Below, piece by piece: positions 1 to 10,188 of a stretch of 64,000 nucleotides of DNA. Position 1 is the first letter of the stretch. Each line of letters opens with the position of its first letter. Under the pieces are notes generated by a model that was not told the origin of the DNA, ran no database searches, and worked only from the letters and a program-made list of their open reading frames with translations. The stretch is from an uncultured Planctomycetota bacterium (GTDB lineage: Bacteria > Planctomycetota > Planctomycetia > Isosphaerales > Isosphaeraceae): assembly GCA_963845755.1 (NCBI GenBank), contig CAWJTV010000023.1:32001-96000 (forward strand). The letters run 5' to 3'. Made by a program: the position numbers and the translations under genes.

Positions 1-2350
1 GCAACGGTCATGCCTCCTTACATCTCGGCCATGCAACTCAACGCGGCGCCTTACCCGTGCCGTCGATCGCGAGTGCGACCTCGGCGCGGGATAGCAAGGG
101 AGTCGTCCGATACTTCCGCCACGAGTCGGTGGTCACCGGATGGGAGATCAAACTCGATCAACCCGGCCGGCTCCGCTTGAAGAATCGCGTGCTCTATCGG
201 AAGTCCGAGCTGTGCCAGGCGATCGAGCGGGAGTTCATGAGCATCCTGGGTATCGACCAGTACAAGACCAATTCGATGACCTGTACGGTCCAGGTCGACT
301 ATGACCCGCGGCAGCTCAGCAAACTGCAAGTGGTCGAGATCCTCGACTCGGCGCTAGCCAACGCCGAGCACCCGACACGTCTCGACAAGCTCGACCTTCA
401 CCTGCCGATCTGCACGGCATCGATGCCGTTCGCGGCGGCAGCTCAGTTCGCCTTCCCGCCGCTTTTGCCGGTTGCGGCGGCGGTGTTCGCGTATACGTCG
501 ATCCCGACCTTCCGGGAAGCTCACAACGTCCTGTTCAAGGAGAAGCGCCTCGGGGTGGATGTGCTGGATTCGATTGTCGTGATCGGCTGTCTGGGGACCA
601 TGTCAATCTTTCCCGGCGTGGTGCTCTGCTGGTGTCTGAGCTTCGGCCGCGTGCTGGTCAAGCGAACGCAGGACAACTCGAAGAAGCTGTTGCTGAACGC
701 CTTCGGGAAACAGCCCCGGTACGTCTGGCTTTATCGCGACGGCACCGAGGTGCAGGTCTCGCTCGACCGGCTCCAGAAGGGCGATATCATCGTCGTCAAC
801 ACCGGTGAGGTCGTGCCGGTCAACGGCCACGTCGTCGAGGGGATGGCGATGATCGACCAGCACGCGTTGACCGGGGAATCGACTCCGGCCGAGAAGGGAG
901 TTGGCGACCGGGTCTTCGCCTCGACCGTGATGGTGGCCGGCAAGGTCTTCGTCTCGGTCGAGACCTCGGGCACCGAGACGGCCTCGGCCAAGATCAGCCA
1001 GATCCTCAATGACACGGCCGGTTATAAGCTCTCCTCGCAGCACAAGGGCGAGCGGCTGGCGGACAAGGCCGTCATCCCGACCCTGACCCTCGGCGCCGTC
1101 GGGATGGCCACGATGGGGCCCTTCGGCGCGGTGGCCGTCCTCAACAGCGACTTCGGCACGGGGATCCGCATGGCCGCACCGCTGGCGATGCTCAGCTCGC
1201 TGGCGCTGTGCGCCACAAGGGCGTCCTGGTCAAGGACGGCCGGGCCCTCGAGCTGATGAACGAGGTGGACACCGTCCTCTTCGACAAGACCGGGACTCTC
1301 ACCCGCGAGCGTCCCGAGGTGGGCCGGATCATCGCCTCGGAGGGATTCTCGCCCGAGCGGATCCTCCTGTTCGCGGCGGCCGCGGAGAAGCGATTCCACC
1401 ATCCCATCGCCCTGGCGATCCTGCATAAAGCGAACGAGTTGGACCTGGAATTGCCGGCAACCGACGACACCCAGTACAAGGTCGGCTACGGCATCACCGT
1501 TCAAATCGAGGGGCACACCGTCCGGGTAGGCAGCCGTCGATTCATGGAGATGGAGGGAATCGACCTGACGCCCGAGGTCCAGGATGCACTGGACGAGGCG
1601 CACCGCGAGGGCTACACCATGGTCATGGTCGGTGTCGACGACCGGTTGGGCGGAGCGATCGAGCTCCAGGCGTCGGTCCGGCCCGAAGTCCGGGAGATCA
1701 TTCAAGGACTCCGCAAGCGCGGGATCAAGCATATCGCGATTATCTCGGGCGACCATGAAGCCCCGACCAAGAAGCTGGCCGAATCGCTGGGAATGGACCG
1801 ATACTTTGCCCAGGTCCTGCCCGCCGACAAGGCCGAATACGTGGCCAGGCTCCAGGACGAGGGCCGCAAGGTCTGCTTCGTGGGCGACGGGATCAATGAT
1901 TCGATCGCGCTGAAGAAGGCCAACGTGTCGATCTCGCTCCGAGGCGCCTCGTCGATCGCGACCGACACGGCCCACATCGTCTTCCTGGAAGAAGGGCTCG
2001 CCAAGCTCTGCGAGCTGCGCGATATCGCCCGCGACCTCGATCACAACGTCAAGCGGAGCTGGTCGATGATCCTGGCCCCGAACATCGCCTGCATCGTGGG
2101 CGTCTTCACAATGGGCTTCGGGATCATGGCGTCGGTCGCCACCAACAACGTCGCCGCCCTGGCCGCCCTGGCCAACGGCGTGCTGCCCCTCCGCAAGGTT
2201 GCCCAGCTCGAGGCCGAACGCCGTCACAGACTGGAGATGACCCAATCCTATGCGATGGAAAGAAACCCTGTACAAACGCCGGCTGCAGCGGCCGATCGAC
2301 CAGGACATGCGCGAGGCGATCAGCCGCGAGTTCTCGCGACGACGTCATGA
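1..2350 (+). CDS. P1B-type (heavy-metal-translocating-like) P-type ATPase; 5' end lies before the window; frameshift at ~1210
   Basis: Frame is open from the window start. Motifs PGRLRL (HMA_2-like), LTGES, DKTGT and GDGIND are present. ORFs 57-1256 and 1208-2350 join at LALC/HKGVLVK. Confidence 0.9.
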
Positions 2351-2561
2351 AATCCCGGTGCCCGCTGAGCTTCACTGGCACCGGGAGAAACCTCAGTTCA
2401 CGATCCAGTCGGAATGGCTGTCCTTCAACGTACAGTTCACGCCCGAGGACCTAGTGGTAAACGCCGAGCTCTCCCTCACCGCGAAGATGTTCGCAACCCG
2501 GAAGCATCGGGAGGACGCTGTGAAGATGATCGAGGACGTTGCCGACCACCTGGGCCTTTGA
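2250..2561 (+). CDS. hypothetical protein (103 aa)
   Basis: Protein-like composition, co-oriented in the ATPase cluster; overlaps the ATPase 3' end by ~100 bp. Confidence 0.6.
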   Translation: MRWKETLYKRRLQRPIDQDMREAISREFSRRRHEIPVPAELHWHREKPQFTIQSEWLSFNVQFTPEDLVVNAELSLTAKMFATRKHREDAVKMIEDVADHLGL

Positions 2562-2596
2562 GGCTACATGTCCCCGTCACACGGATTCCGACCGTC

Positions 2597-3121
2597 ATGT
2601 CAGACAAACCGAAGACGACCGGCCCAAAGCCGCCCATCGACCTGGATTTGAGGACCCGGAATACGGCCGCGCCTCTGACCCCGGACATGAAGCGGTTCGA
2701 CATCTTCCTCATCGATACCGGCTGGAACAAGCCGATCTCCCGGACTGTGCGATCCCATCTGCGAAAGTTGATCGAATACCATCCGAACGACAGTCTCTAC
2801 GAGCTCACCCCCGAGCAGTCGGTCGAGATCCTCAGGCAGGATCCGGCCCTGATCGGCTGCGACCCGACGATCATCGTCTACGACCTTTATGGTTCCACCC
2901 GGGCGCATGCCGGCAAGTACCGTGGTTTTCGGCTGAATCTGGGACTGCTGAAGCACTGCGATCAGGCGGTGGCCCGGCTCCAGGAGTTCATCCGGTTCAT
3001 CTCGATCAATCGCACCGCCGAACGCCTCGATAAGGAGATCCGCCGGGAATTGCACCGCGAAGGCCTCGATGGCATCGTCAAAATCTTGCGTGAGACATCC
3101 GTCGAGCTGCTCATCGAGTGA
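2597..3121 (+). CDS. hypothetical soluble protein (174 aa)
   Basis: ATG 2597 within ORF 2414-3121; globular composition; tight spacing with neighbours. Confidence 0.75.
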   Translation: MSDKPKTTGPKPPIDLDLRTRNTAAPLTPDMKRFDIFLIDTGWNKPISRTVRSHLRKLIEYHPNDSLYELTPEQSVEILRQDPALIGCDPTIIVYDLYGSTRAHAGKYRGFRLNLGLLKHCDQAVARLQEFIRFISINRTAERLDKEIRRELHREGLDGIVKILRETSVELLIE

Positions 3122-3146
3122 CTTGGTGAACCGTGAGGAGCTGGCC

Positions 3147-3350
3147 ATGAACGAAGAGATCCCGATTCTACCCCTGGTCATCGGCACATGTCTCGGGCTG
3201 TATCTCGGCTACGAGATCAACCGGCGACGGAACAAGTTGCGGAAAGTTTTCTTCACGTTCGACAGGCAGGAGAGCAAGATCGCCCAGGCACTCGAGTTGA
3301 TGGTCGAGAGCGGGCAGCTCCGACCGTATGCCCCGGAACACGCCCGTTGA
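3147..3350 (+). CDS. small single-pass membrane protein with GxxxG repeats (67 aa)
   Basis: GAGGAG RBS; hydrophobic segment ILPLVIGTCLGLYLGY followed by basic RRRNK. Confidence 0.75.
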   Translation: MNEEIPILPLVIGTCLGLYLGYEINRRRNKLRKVFFTFDRQESKIAQALELMVESGQLRPYAPEHAR

Positions 3351-3528
3351 ACGCGTGACGCGATTGCGGATTCGGGTCCCGGGGCGGCCTTGCTGGGACT
3401 GTGCCGGCATGGCCGGCTTCACCCCAGCCTCCTCGGGTCGTTGCAGCAAGACCGGGAGTGGCTGGGGTCGAGCCCGAGGGGCGATGCCCCCGGAGGATCC
3501 CGTCGTTGGTGTTTCGGAGCGAGAACTG

Positions 3529-5964
3529 ATGCACCGATCCCAGACGACCTCAATCGCTCCGACGACGGAAACCCAGGTCACGTGCGCCGATGGAACGCTC
3601 GTGCTGCGGGATGAACAGGTCTTCGGTCCCTGCGGGGATGGCCCGTGCGAGCGCTTTCTCGGCCGGGCCTTGAGCGTCCAGGGGGTCCGATCCGTCTCGC
3701 TGGATCGCGCCCGGGCGACGGCGGTCATCCGATACGATGCCGGCCCGCGCGAGGTGGCTCCGTTCCTGGAACGGCTATCGTACGCGATCCGGGACGGGGT
3801 GCCTTCCGACATCGTGCCGGCACTCCCCAGGACGAACCGGGAGACGGCTTACACCCTCTTTCGCCACGGCCGGCTGGCGACGACTTGCGAGGTCCTGTCC
3901 GATCATCCCGGTCGGTTACGCCTTCAGCACCCGGCGATTCGGCGGGACGCGAGCCTCGCCAAAGTGGTCGCACGCCGATTGGAGACGATGCCGGGAGTCT
4001 CCGCGACCTCCGTCGGCTGGTGGACGTCGAGTCTGCTGATCCAGTACAGCGCGTCACTCATCAGCGTTTCGGAGCTGATCCGCCGGGTCGAGGGAGTTCT
4101 AGACGACTCCGGCGGCTGGGGCGCCGCGCTCCACGAGCCGACTCGCACCCGGTTCGGCCTGGCGAATGCGAGCGCGGGCCTCGCGGCGATGGCCGACTTC
4201 GTCGTTCCGGCCCTGTCGCCGGCAAGCGCGGTCTTGCTGGTCGGCACCAACGTGCGTACGTTCCAGGCCGCCTGGCTCCAGATTCGCGGCCGACGATTCG
4301 GCTTGCCGGTGCTCTACACGGCCATCGCGACGACGGCCCTGGCCAGTGGCCAGTTCTTCTCCTGCGCCTTGATGTCCTTGTTCTACAAGTTCTGGCACCA
4401 TCGGCTTCGACTGGAGCTGTCGAGCGAACGCCGACGGCTTCTGGATGAGTGCCTGCCGCGGCCTAGCTCGACCTGCCTGATCACTCCGGACGGGGCCGAA
4501 GTGCTGGTCCCTGTGGATCGATTGCGGCCGGGGGACCGCGTCGTGGTGGGGGCTGGCGAAGCCGTGCCGGCCGACGGCCGAGTGGTCGGTGGCGAGGGGA
4601 TTGTCGATGAACGGAGCGTGCGCGGTCTGGAAGGGGCCTCGCGGAAGCGGATGGGAGACACTATCCTGGCCGGCTCGACGGTCCTGGCCGGCTCGTTGCG
4701 CGTCGAGGTAACGCGGTTCGGCGAAGGGACGCGCGCCTTTTCAATCGTCCGCGCCCTGGTCGCGGCGACGAAGCCCACGTCCGGTCCGATCTCTTCGATG
4801 CCGCGTGCCAAGGCGTTCGCGGATCGGGCCGTCGGGCCGGCCCTTGCGACCGCGGGCGTCGGCCTGCTGGTGGGTGACCTGTCGGCCGCCGGTGCGATCC
4901 TGACGCCCGACTATTCGTCCGGTCCCGGCTTGGCAGTCCCGCTGGAGACGCTCCGCGACGCCGCCGTCTGTGCCCGCCGGGGGATCGTCATCCGCCAACC
5001 CGACGTGTTCGAGCGTCTGGCGAAGGTCGATCTGATCGTGCTCGACGACGACCCGATTCTCAGCCGTATCGAGCTGGAGGTGACCGGCATCCAGACCCGC
5101 CTCCAGGAATCCGACCTGCTCCGCTACGCAGCCAGCGCGTTCCGCCACCTCGCCGACGAGCGAGTCGCCGCCCTCGACGCCGCCTGCCGGAACCGTGGCG
5201 TCTATCTCCTGAACCTGCCGCCGGTCGATTTTCGGCAGGGCGTGACCGTCCTCCACGACGGCCGGCGCATTCGCGTTCGCGAGGACGTCTCCGCGGGACA
5301 ACCCGACGGCGAGCATCCGGGATCGGCCTCCAAGCTGGGTCCGCTGCTCGTCGAAATCGATGGGACGCCCGTCGGCTTGATCCAGTTCGGACGCTCGAGC
5401 CGCCCGGAGGCCGCGACCGCGCTCCAGCGCATCCGCGACCGCGTCTCGGTACCGATCGCGCTGGTCTCGAATCGATCCGAGTCCGACGTGGCCGTGCTCG
5501 CTCAGCTCCTGGGAGTGGACCTTTACAAGAGCGGCTTCTCATCCGAGGAAACGGGCCGTTTCCTCCGCGCCTGCCGCGACCGTGGCTTGCGCACCGCGTT
5601 CGTCGGCCACGGTCGACGCTGGGCGGCTGCGGCCGTGGAAGCCGAGGTCGCCGTCTCGTTCGTCAGCGACCCCGACGAAAGGGGAAGCCCGGCTGCGGTG
5701 TCGCTCCTGCAACCGCGGATGGATCGGTTCGCCGACTTATGGGAGATCGCCCACCTCCATGAAGGGCGCGTGCTCGGCGCTCAGAAACTCGTCCTGGTCC
5801 CGAACGTCCTCTGCGTGGCCGGAGCCTTCCTGTTCGGGTTCACGGGCCTGACCGCCGTGATGATCACCAACCTTGGTACCCTCGGCCTCTTCAACCGCTC
5901 CGTCGGCACGCTCCGTGAACTGGAGGCGGCCGGCGGCGAAAGATTGGTTGCCTCGAGAAGATGA
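3529..5964 (+). CDS. degenerate P1B-type ATPase-like protein
   Basis: PGRLRL domain, A-domain (GEAVPADG) and TM layout are retained, but the TGES, DKTGT and GDGxND motifs are altered. Confidence 0.85.
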   Translation: MHRSQTTSIAPTTETQVTCADGTLVLRDEQVFGPCGDGPCERFLGRALSVQGVRSVSLDRARATAVIRYDAGPREVAPFLERLSYAIRDGVPSDIVPALPRTNRETAYTLFRHGRLATTCEVLSDHPGRLRLQHPAIRRDASLAKVVARRLETMPGVSATSVGWWTSSLLIQYSASLISVSELIRRVEGVLDDSGGWGAALHEPTRTRFGLANASAGLAAMADFVVPALSPASAVLLVGTNVRTFQAAWLQIRGRRFGLPVLYTAIATTALASGQFFSCALMSLFYKFWHHRLRLELSSERRRLLDECLPRPSSTCLITPDGAEVLVPVDRLRPGDRVVVGAGEAVPADGRVVGGEGIVDERSVRGLEGASRKRMGDTILAGSTVLAGSLRVEVTRFGEGTRAFSIVRALVAATKPTSGPISSMPRAKAFADRAVGPALATAGVGLLVGDLSAAGAILTPDYSSGPGLAVPLETLRDAAVCARRGIVIRQPDVFERLAKVDLIVLDDDPILSRIELEVTGIQTRLQESDLLRYAASAFRHLADERVAALDAACRNRGVYLLNLPPVDFRQGVTVLHDGRRIRVREDVSAGQPDGEHPGSASKLGPLLVEIDGTPVGLIQFGRSSRPEAATALQRIRDRVSVPIALVSNRSESDVAVLAQLLGVDLYKSGFSSEETGRFLRACRDRGLRTAFVGHGRRWAAAAVEAEVAVSFVSDPDERGSPAAVSLLQPRMDRFADLWEIAHLHEGRVLGAQKLVLVPNVLCVAGAFLFGFTGLTAVMITNLGTLGLFNRSVGTLRELEAAGGERLVASRR

Positions 5965-6086
5965 TTCTCGAAAACCATCCCCTGAGGATGCACCACGAGA
6001 ATGTGCGTCTGACCAAACGCTTCCGGGATGACCTGGGCCGCCGGTAGCCTATGGCTAGGTAGCATCATCCCTTTTCCGGTCATCCC

Positions 6087-7178
6087 ATGAAACCACTCAA
6101 CGCCTTGCTGGTGTTTATCCCTGTGGCGATCGTGCTTGACCGGACGGTGGACAACCCGATCCTGGTGTTCGTCACGTCGGCCCTGGCGATCGTACCCCTG
6201 GCCGGATTGATGGGAGACGCGACCGAGGCGCTGGCGGAGTATCTCGGCCCGACTCTGGGCGGCCTGCTCAACGCGACGCTCGGCAACGCGCCCGAGATCA
6301 TCATCGCGCTGTTCGCCCTGCACCGAGGGCTGATCGATATGGTCAAGGCGTCCCTCACCGGGTCCATTGTCGGGAATCTCCTGTTCGGCCTCGGGGCTTC
6401 GATGGTCGCCGGGGGATTCAAGGTCCGGGACCAGAAGTTCGACTGGAACGTGGCCCGGATGAATGGCGCGTTGCTGACCCTGGCCTCGTTCGGTCTCATC
6501 ATCCCGGCGATCTATCGCCTGAGTCCTCTGGCGGAGAATGACCCCGGCCCGGAGGTCTCGCTCGAGATCTCGGCGATCTTGTTCCTGGTCTACCTGGCGA
6601 GCCTGGTCTTCACGTTAGTGACCAGCAAAGCGGTTGTCGGCCAGGCGGGAGTTAAGGCCGAGAAGGTCGAAGCTGGTACCGGGCGGCCGGGGGTCGAGCC
6701 GGAACAAAGGACCGGCTGGGGCCGGAACCAGGCACTCGGGATCTTGATCGTCGTAACGATCGCCCTGGCGATCATGAGTGAAGTCCTCACCGGGCAGGTG
6801 GATCCCGCGGCCAAGAAAATGCACCTCACGGAGCGATTTGCGGGCGTCTTCCTGCTGGCCCTGGTCGGCAATGCCGCAGAGCTGTTCAACGCGATTCGGT
6901 TCGCCCGCAGGGACAAGATGGACCTGGCGATCGGCATCACGGTCGGTGCCAGCACCCAGGTCGCGCTCCTCGTCGCACCGATCCTGGTCTTCGCCGGTGC
7001 GTTCATGGGGCGGAACATGAACCTACTTTTCTCCACATACGAGATGTGGGCGATCATCATGGCGGTGTATGTCGCGCGGAACCTCATCTACGACGGCAGC
7101 TCGAACTGGCTCGAAGGCCTCGTCCTGGTCGCACTCTACTTCATGCTGGGGATCGGATTCTTTTACCTGCCGGCCTGA
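6087..7178 (+). CDS. cax: Ca2+/H+ antiporter (CaCA/CAX family)
   Basis: Alpha repeats GNAPE and GNAAE; SLTGSIVGNLL; SNWLEG; multiple TM helices. Confidence 0.92.
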   Translation: MKPLNALLVFIPVAIVLDRTVDNPILVFVTSALAIVPLAGLMGDATEALAEYLGPTLGGLLNATLGNAPEIIIALFALHRGLIDMVKASLTGSIVGNLLFGLGASMVAGGFKVRDQKFDWNVARMNGALLTLASFGLIIPAIYRLSPLAENDPGPEVSLEISAILFLVYLASLVFTLVTSKAVVGQAGVKAEKVEAGTGRPGVEPEQRTGWGRNQALGILIVVTIALAIMSEVLTGQVDPAAKKMHLTERFAGVFLLALVGNAAELFNAIRFARRDKMDLAIGITVGASTQVALLVAPILVFAGAFMGRNMNLLFSTYEMWAIIMAVYVARNLIYDGSSNWLEGLVLVALYFMLGIGFFYLPA

Positions 7179-7311
7179 GACGAAGTTGCGTCAAGATTCC
7201 TGATGTGGCATCGCCGATTCCCAAACGCGTGATTCGGATGTATCCTGTTTCGGATCCTGTGCGAGGACGTGCGAGATTCCGTACATCCGCTACGAGTAGA
7301 TCGGATCGACG

Positions 7312-8505
7312 ATGATGCAAGATCTCCGGAAAACTGCCGCGGGCGATGGCTCAGCCTCGCGCGAAGGCCCGGCGTACCGGATCGCACTGCGACTCGGGTT
7401 TGCTCATCCGGATCCACCTCGACTGTGGTGGAGCATCGGGCTATCCGCCCTTGTGACGTCGGTGCCCCTGGTGCTCTTGTCATTGGCCTCCGGCCTGGCG
7501 TATGGCGACCGGGTTCAGGTTCCCTTGTTGCGCGACCCGGCATTCTATCTGCGGTACCTGGTGGCTCTGCCGCTGTTGATCTTCGCCGAGGTCGTCGTGG
7601 CGAGGGGTCTCGGGGTCCAGTCGGGATACTTCCTCGAGACGGGCCTGATTCCGGAGACTCAGCGCTCGCGTTATGCGGATGCGAAGGCCGAGTTGAGTCG
7701 ATTGTACGGCTCGATGATTGGGAAGGGAGTGATCCTGGTCCTTTCCTACGCGCTGGTGATCACACTGCGTACTGTCGTCGCCTACAGCGCGGGCTCCTCG
7801 AACTGGGAGAGGCTGGGGAGCGCGGAGGGGGGTGATGTCACGTTCGCCGGTTGGTGGTCCATCCTCGTCGCCCTGCCCATCCTGGTGTTCCTCTTCCTGG
7901 AATGGTTCCGGAGGACGTGCGTCTGGGCCTGGTTCCTCTTCCGGGTCTCCCGGCTGGATCTAGAATTGACGCCCACCCACCCTGATCGCGCCGGCGGGCT
8001 CGGTTTCCTCTCGTGGGGACAGGCGAGCTTCGCCCCCGTATTGGCGGCCGTGTCGGCGGTGCTCTCGGGCAGTTTCGCAGGACAAGTCCTTTACGCGGGC
8101 GAATCCGTTAACAGCTTGAAGTACCACCTGGCGGTCTTCGTGGCTCTGTCGCTCGCGTTCCTGCTCGCACCGCTGCTGGTCTTCTCCAAGAAGTTGGCGC
8201 AATGCCGCTTCCAGGGCGTGCTGGATTTCGGTTTGCTGATCTGGCGGCACGACCGCGCGTTCGATGAGAAGTGGTTGCGGGCGCCCGCGACGGAGCAAGC
8301 GGGCCTGCTGGGCTCTCCCGACGTGTCGTCGCTCGCAGACATCGCCGCCGCCTTCGAGCATGTCGAGCGGATGAGGATCCTGCCGGTGGACCACAGGGCC
8401 GTGATCGTCCTATTCGGGGCGGCCATGGTCCCGATGTTACCGTTCGTGGCCTCTTCGATCCGTCTCACCGAAATCCTCAAGGACCTTGGCATCTTCATGG
8501 TCTAG
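7312..8505 (+). CDS. conserved integral membrane protein
   Basis: 397 aa with several TM segments; HPDRAGGLGFL and DVSSLAD motifs. Confidence 0.8.
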   Translation: MMQDLRKTAAGDGSASREGPAYRIALRLGFAHPDPPRLWWSIGLSALVTSVPLVLLSLASGLAYGDRVQVPLLRDPAFYLRYLVALPLLIFAEVVVARGLGVQSGYFLETGLIPETQRSRYADAKAELSRLYGSMIGKGVILVLSYALVITLRTVVAYSAGSSNWERLGSAEGGDVTFAGWWSILVALPILVFLFLEWFRRTCVWAWFLFRVSRLDLELTPTHPDRAGGLGFLSWGQASFAPVLAAVSAVLSGSFAGQVLYAGESVNSLKYHLAVFVALSLAFLLAPLLVFSKKLAQCRFQGVLDFGLLIWRHDRAFDEKWLRAPATEQAGLLGSPDVSSLADIAAAFEHVERMRILPVDHRAVIVLFGAAMVPMLPFVASSIRLTEILKDLGIFMV

Positions 8506-8728
8506 GCGGGAGGTCATGGACTCAATACGTCGCAGGGCCGTCCTATCGGGACTCAACCGCCCGCCGGCGGGGTCGTACTCGATCCGCGACAAAAGGCCGA
8601 CATCGGCGCACCGGACGCCGCCGGAATCTTGCGACGATCTCTTGATGATCCGCGTCAACTTCCATTATCGTTGATGTGCGGCGTCTGCTGACGGTGGGCA
8701 GGCAACTCTGCCATGAGGGCCCCGCTCA

Positions 8729-8758
8729 GTGATCGGTCACAGACATGTGATTGATCAC
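8729..8758. promoter_or_regulatory. imperfect inverted repeat upstream of the AraC gene (possible operator)
   Basis: GTGATCggTCACA-gaca-TGTGAttGATCAC, about 80 bp upstream of ATG 8840. Confidence 0.35.
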
Positions 8759-8839
8759 CGAAATGGGGTTTTTTCATGCGCCTCGTGAGAGTCGGACTGG
8801 AACTTCCCCACGAAGGGGATACCGAAGAGAGCACGACCG

Positions 8840-9778
8840 ATGGCTTCCCGCCGTGAGCCGAACCCGTCCTTGCCGGCCCTCCTATCCCGGATGCCTCCGC
8901 CGGGGATGACGCTCACAGCCTCGACCCTGGCGGCGGGCTGGGTGAATGTCCACGCCGTGATCCTCGACGGATGCCTGGAGACTTTTTTCGACTATTCCGC
9001 CAGGTTCCCCATCATTACGTTCAATCTCAAGGGAACTACACAGGTCGAGTGGAAGCGTTCAGGACGGTACTCGCGATTCCTCACCAAACCCGGGGACGTC
9101 CTGATCACACCGCCCGGCAATCGGAACTCGCTGCGTACCCATCTGCCGATCGAGGTGCTCGGTTGTTTGATCGATCTGGAGCTGCTCCAGAGCCTCGCCG
9201 AACGGGAGTGGAAGACGAAAGGGACCAAGGTCGAGATCGTCGAGAGTTTCAACAAGAACGATGCGGACATCTGGAACCTGGGCCAACGGTTCGCGGCCCA
9301 CCTCCGCTCGCCGGTGAGCGGTTCTCGCCTCTACGCCGAGACGCTCAACACTCAGATCGCCATCCATCTCCTGTGGAACTATTCCTCGTTGCCCCGGCAG
9401 GGTGAGACTCGGCCCGAGCCGTTGGCCGATCAGAGACTTCGACGAGTCATCGATTATATTCATGGTACGCTCGGGGATAATGTGTCGCTGGAGGCCCTGG
9501 CCGAGGTGGCGGGACTCAGTCCCAATTACTTCCTCGTCGCCTTCAAGCAGGCCACGGGACGGACGCCCCATCGCTATGTGATCGAACAGCGCATTGCCAA
9601 GGCCTGCGACTTGTTGCACAACCCGCGCAGCTCGATCACGGAAGTCTCGCTCGCCGTGGGCTTCTCCTCTCAGAGCCACCTCACGGAGGTCTTCCGACGC
9701 TTCATGAACACGACCCCGGCCGCCTATCGCAAGGAGGTCCTCGGCCTGACCCGCGATCCCGGCGACCCGAATCCCTGA
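8840..9778 (+). CDS. AraC family transcriptional regulator
   Basis: C-terminal double HTH: SLEALAEVAGLSPNYF ... VGFSSQSHLTEVFRR ... TPAAYR. Confidence 0.95.
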   Translation: MASRREPNPSLPALLSRMPPPGMTLTASTLAAGWVNVHAVILDGCLETFFDYSARFPIITFNLKGTTQVEWKRSGRYSRFLTKPGDVLITPPGNRNSLRTHLPIEVLGCLIDLELLQSLAEREWKTKGTKVEIVESFNKNDADIWNLGQRFAAHLRSPVSGSRLYAETLNTQIAIHLLWNYSSLPRQGETRPEPLADQRLRRVIDYIHGTLGDNVSLEALAEVAGLSPNYFLVAFKQATGRTPHRYVIEQRIAKACDLLHNPRSSITEVSLAVGFSSQSHLTEVFRRFMNTTPAAYRKEVLGLTRDPGDPNP

Positions 9779-9785
9779 AAAACGC

Positions 9786-9933
9786 CAGACCCACCGCACG
9801 ACCCGGGCTTCACCCATCTTCAGCGACTGCGGCTCGTGCAGTACCGCCCGTTTCGCTCGGAGCTCAGACCCACCGCACGACCCGGGCTTCATCCATCTTC
9901 AGCGACTGCGGCCCGTCCGCTTCGCTCGGAGCT
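9786..9933 (+). repeat. tandem direct repeat (79 + 69 bp)
   Basis: CAGACCCACCGCACGACCCGGGCTTCA...TTCGCTCGGAGCT occurs at 9786 and again at 9865. Confidence 0.9.
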
Positions 9934-10188
9934 TCCCCCGAGCCGGCGAGTGTAGTGATGTTCTTCACGGGCCTTTCTCTACCTTTGGTGTTTTTGGACG
10001 GTCGTCGTCGCCGACACCCCGGGACACGAGGTTAGTGCTCTCTCTTTCACGCTCCGCATCTGCGCGATGGCATGGGCTCGCCGACGCGGAGGGTTGGGGA
10101 CTGCATCCCCGGGAGGAGCGAGCAACCGAGAGACGAAGTCCTTTGGTCTCTTCAATCGATCACTTATTCAAGGGTATTGCGGCCAAGA

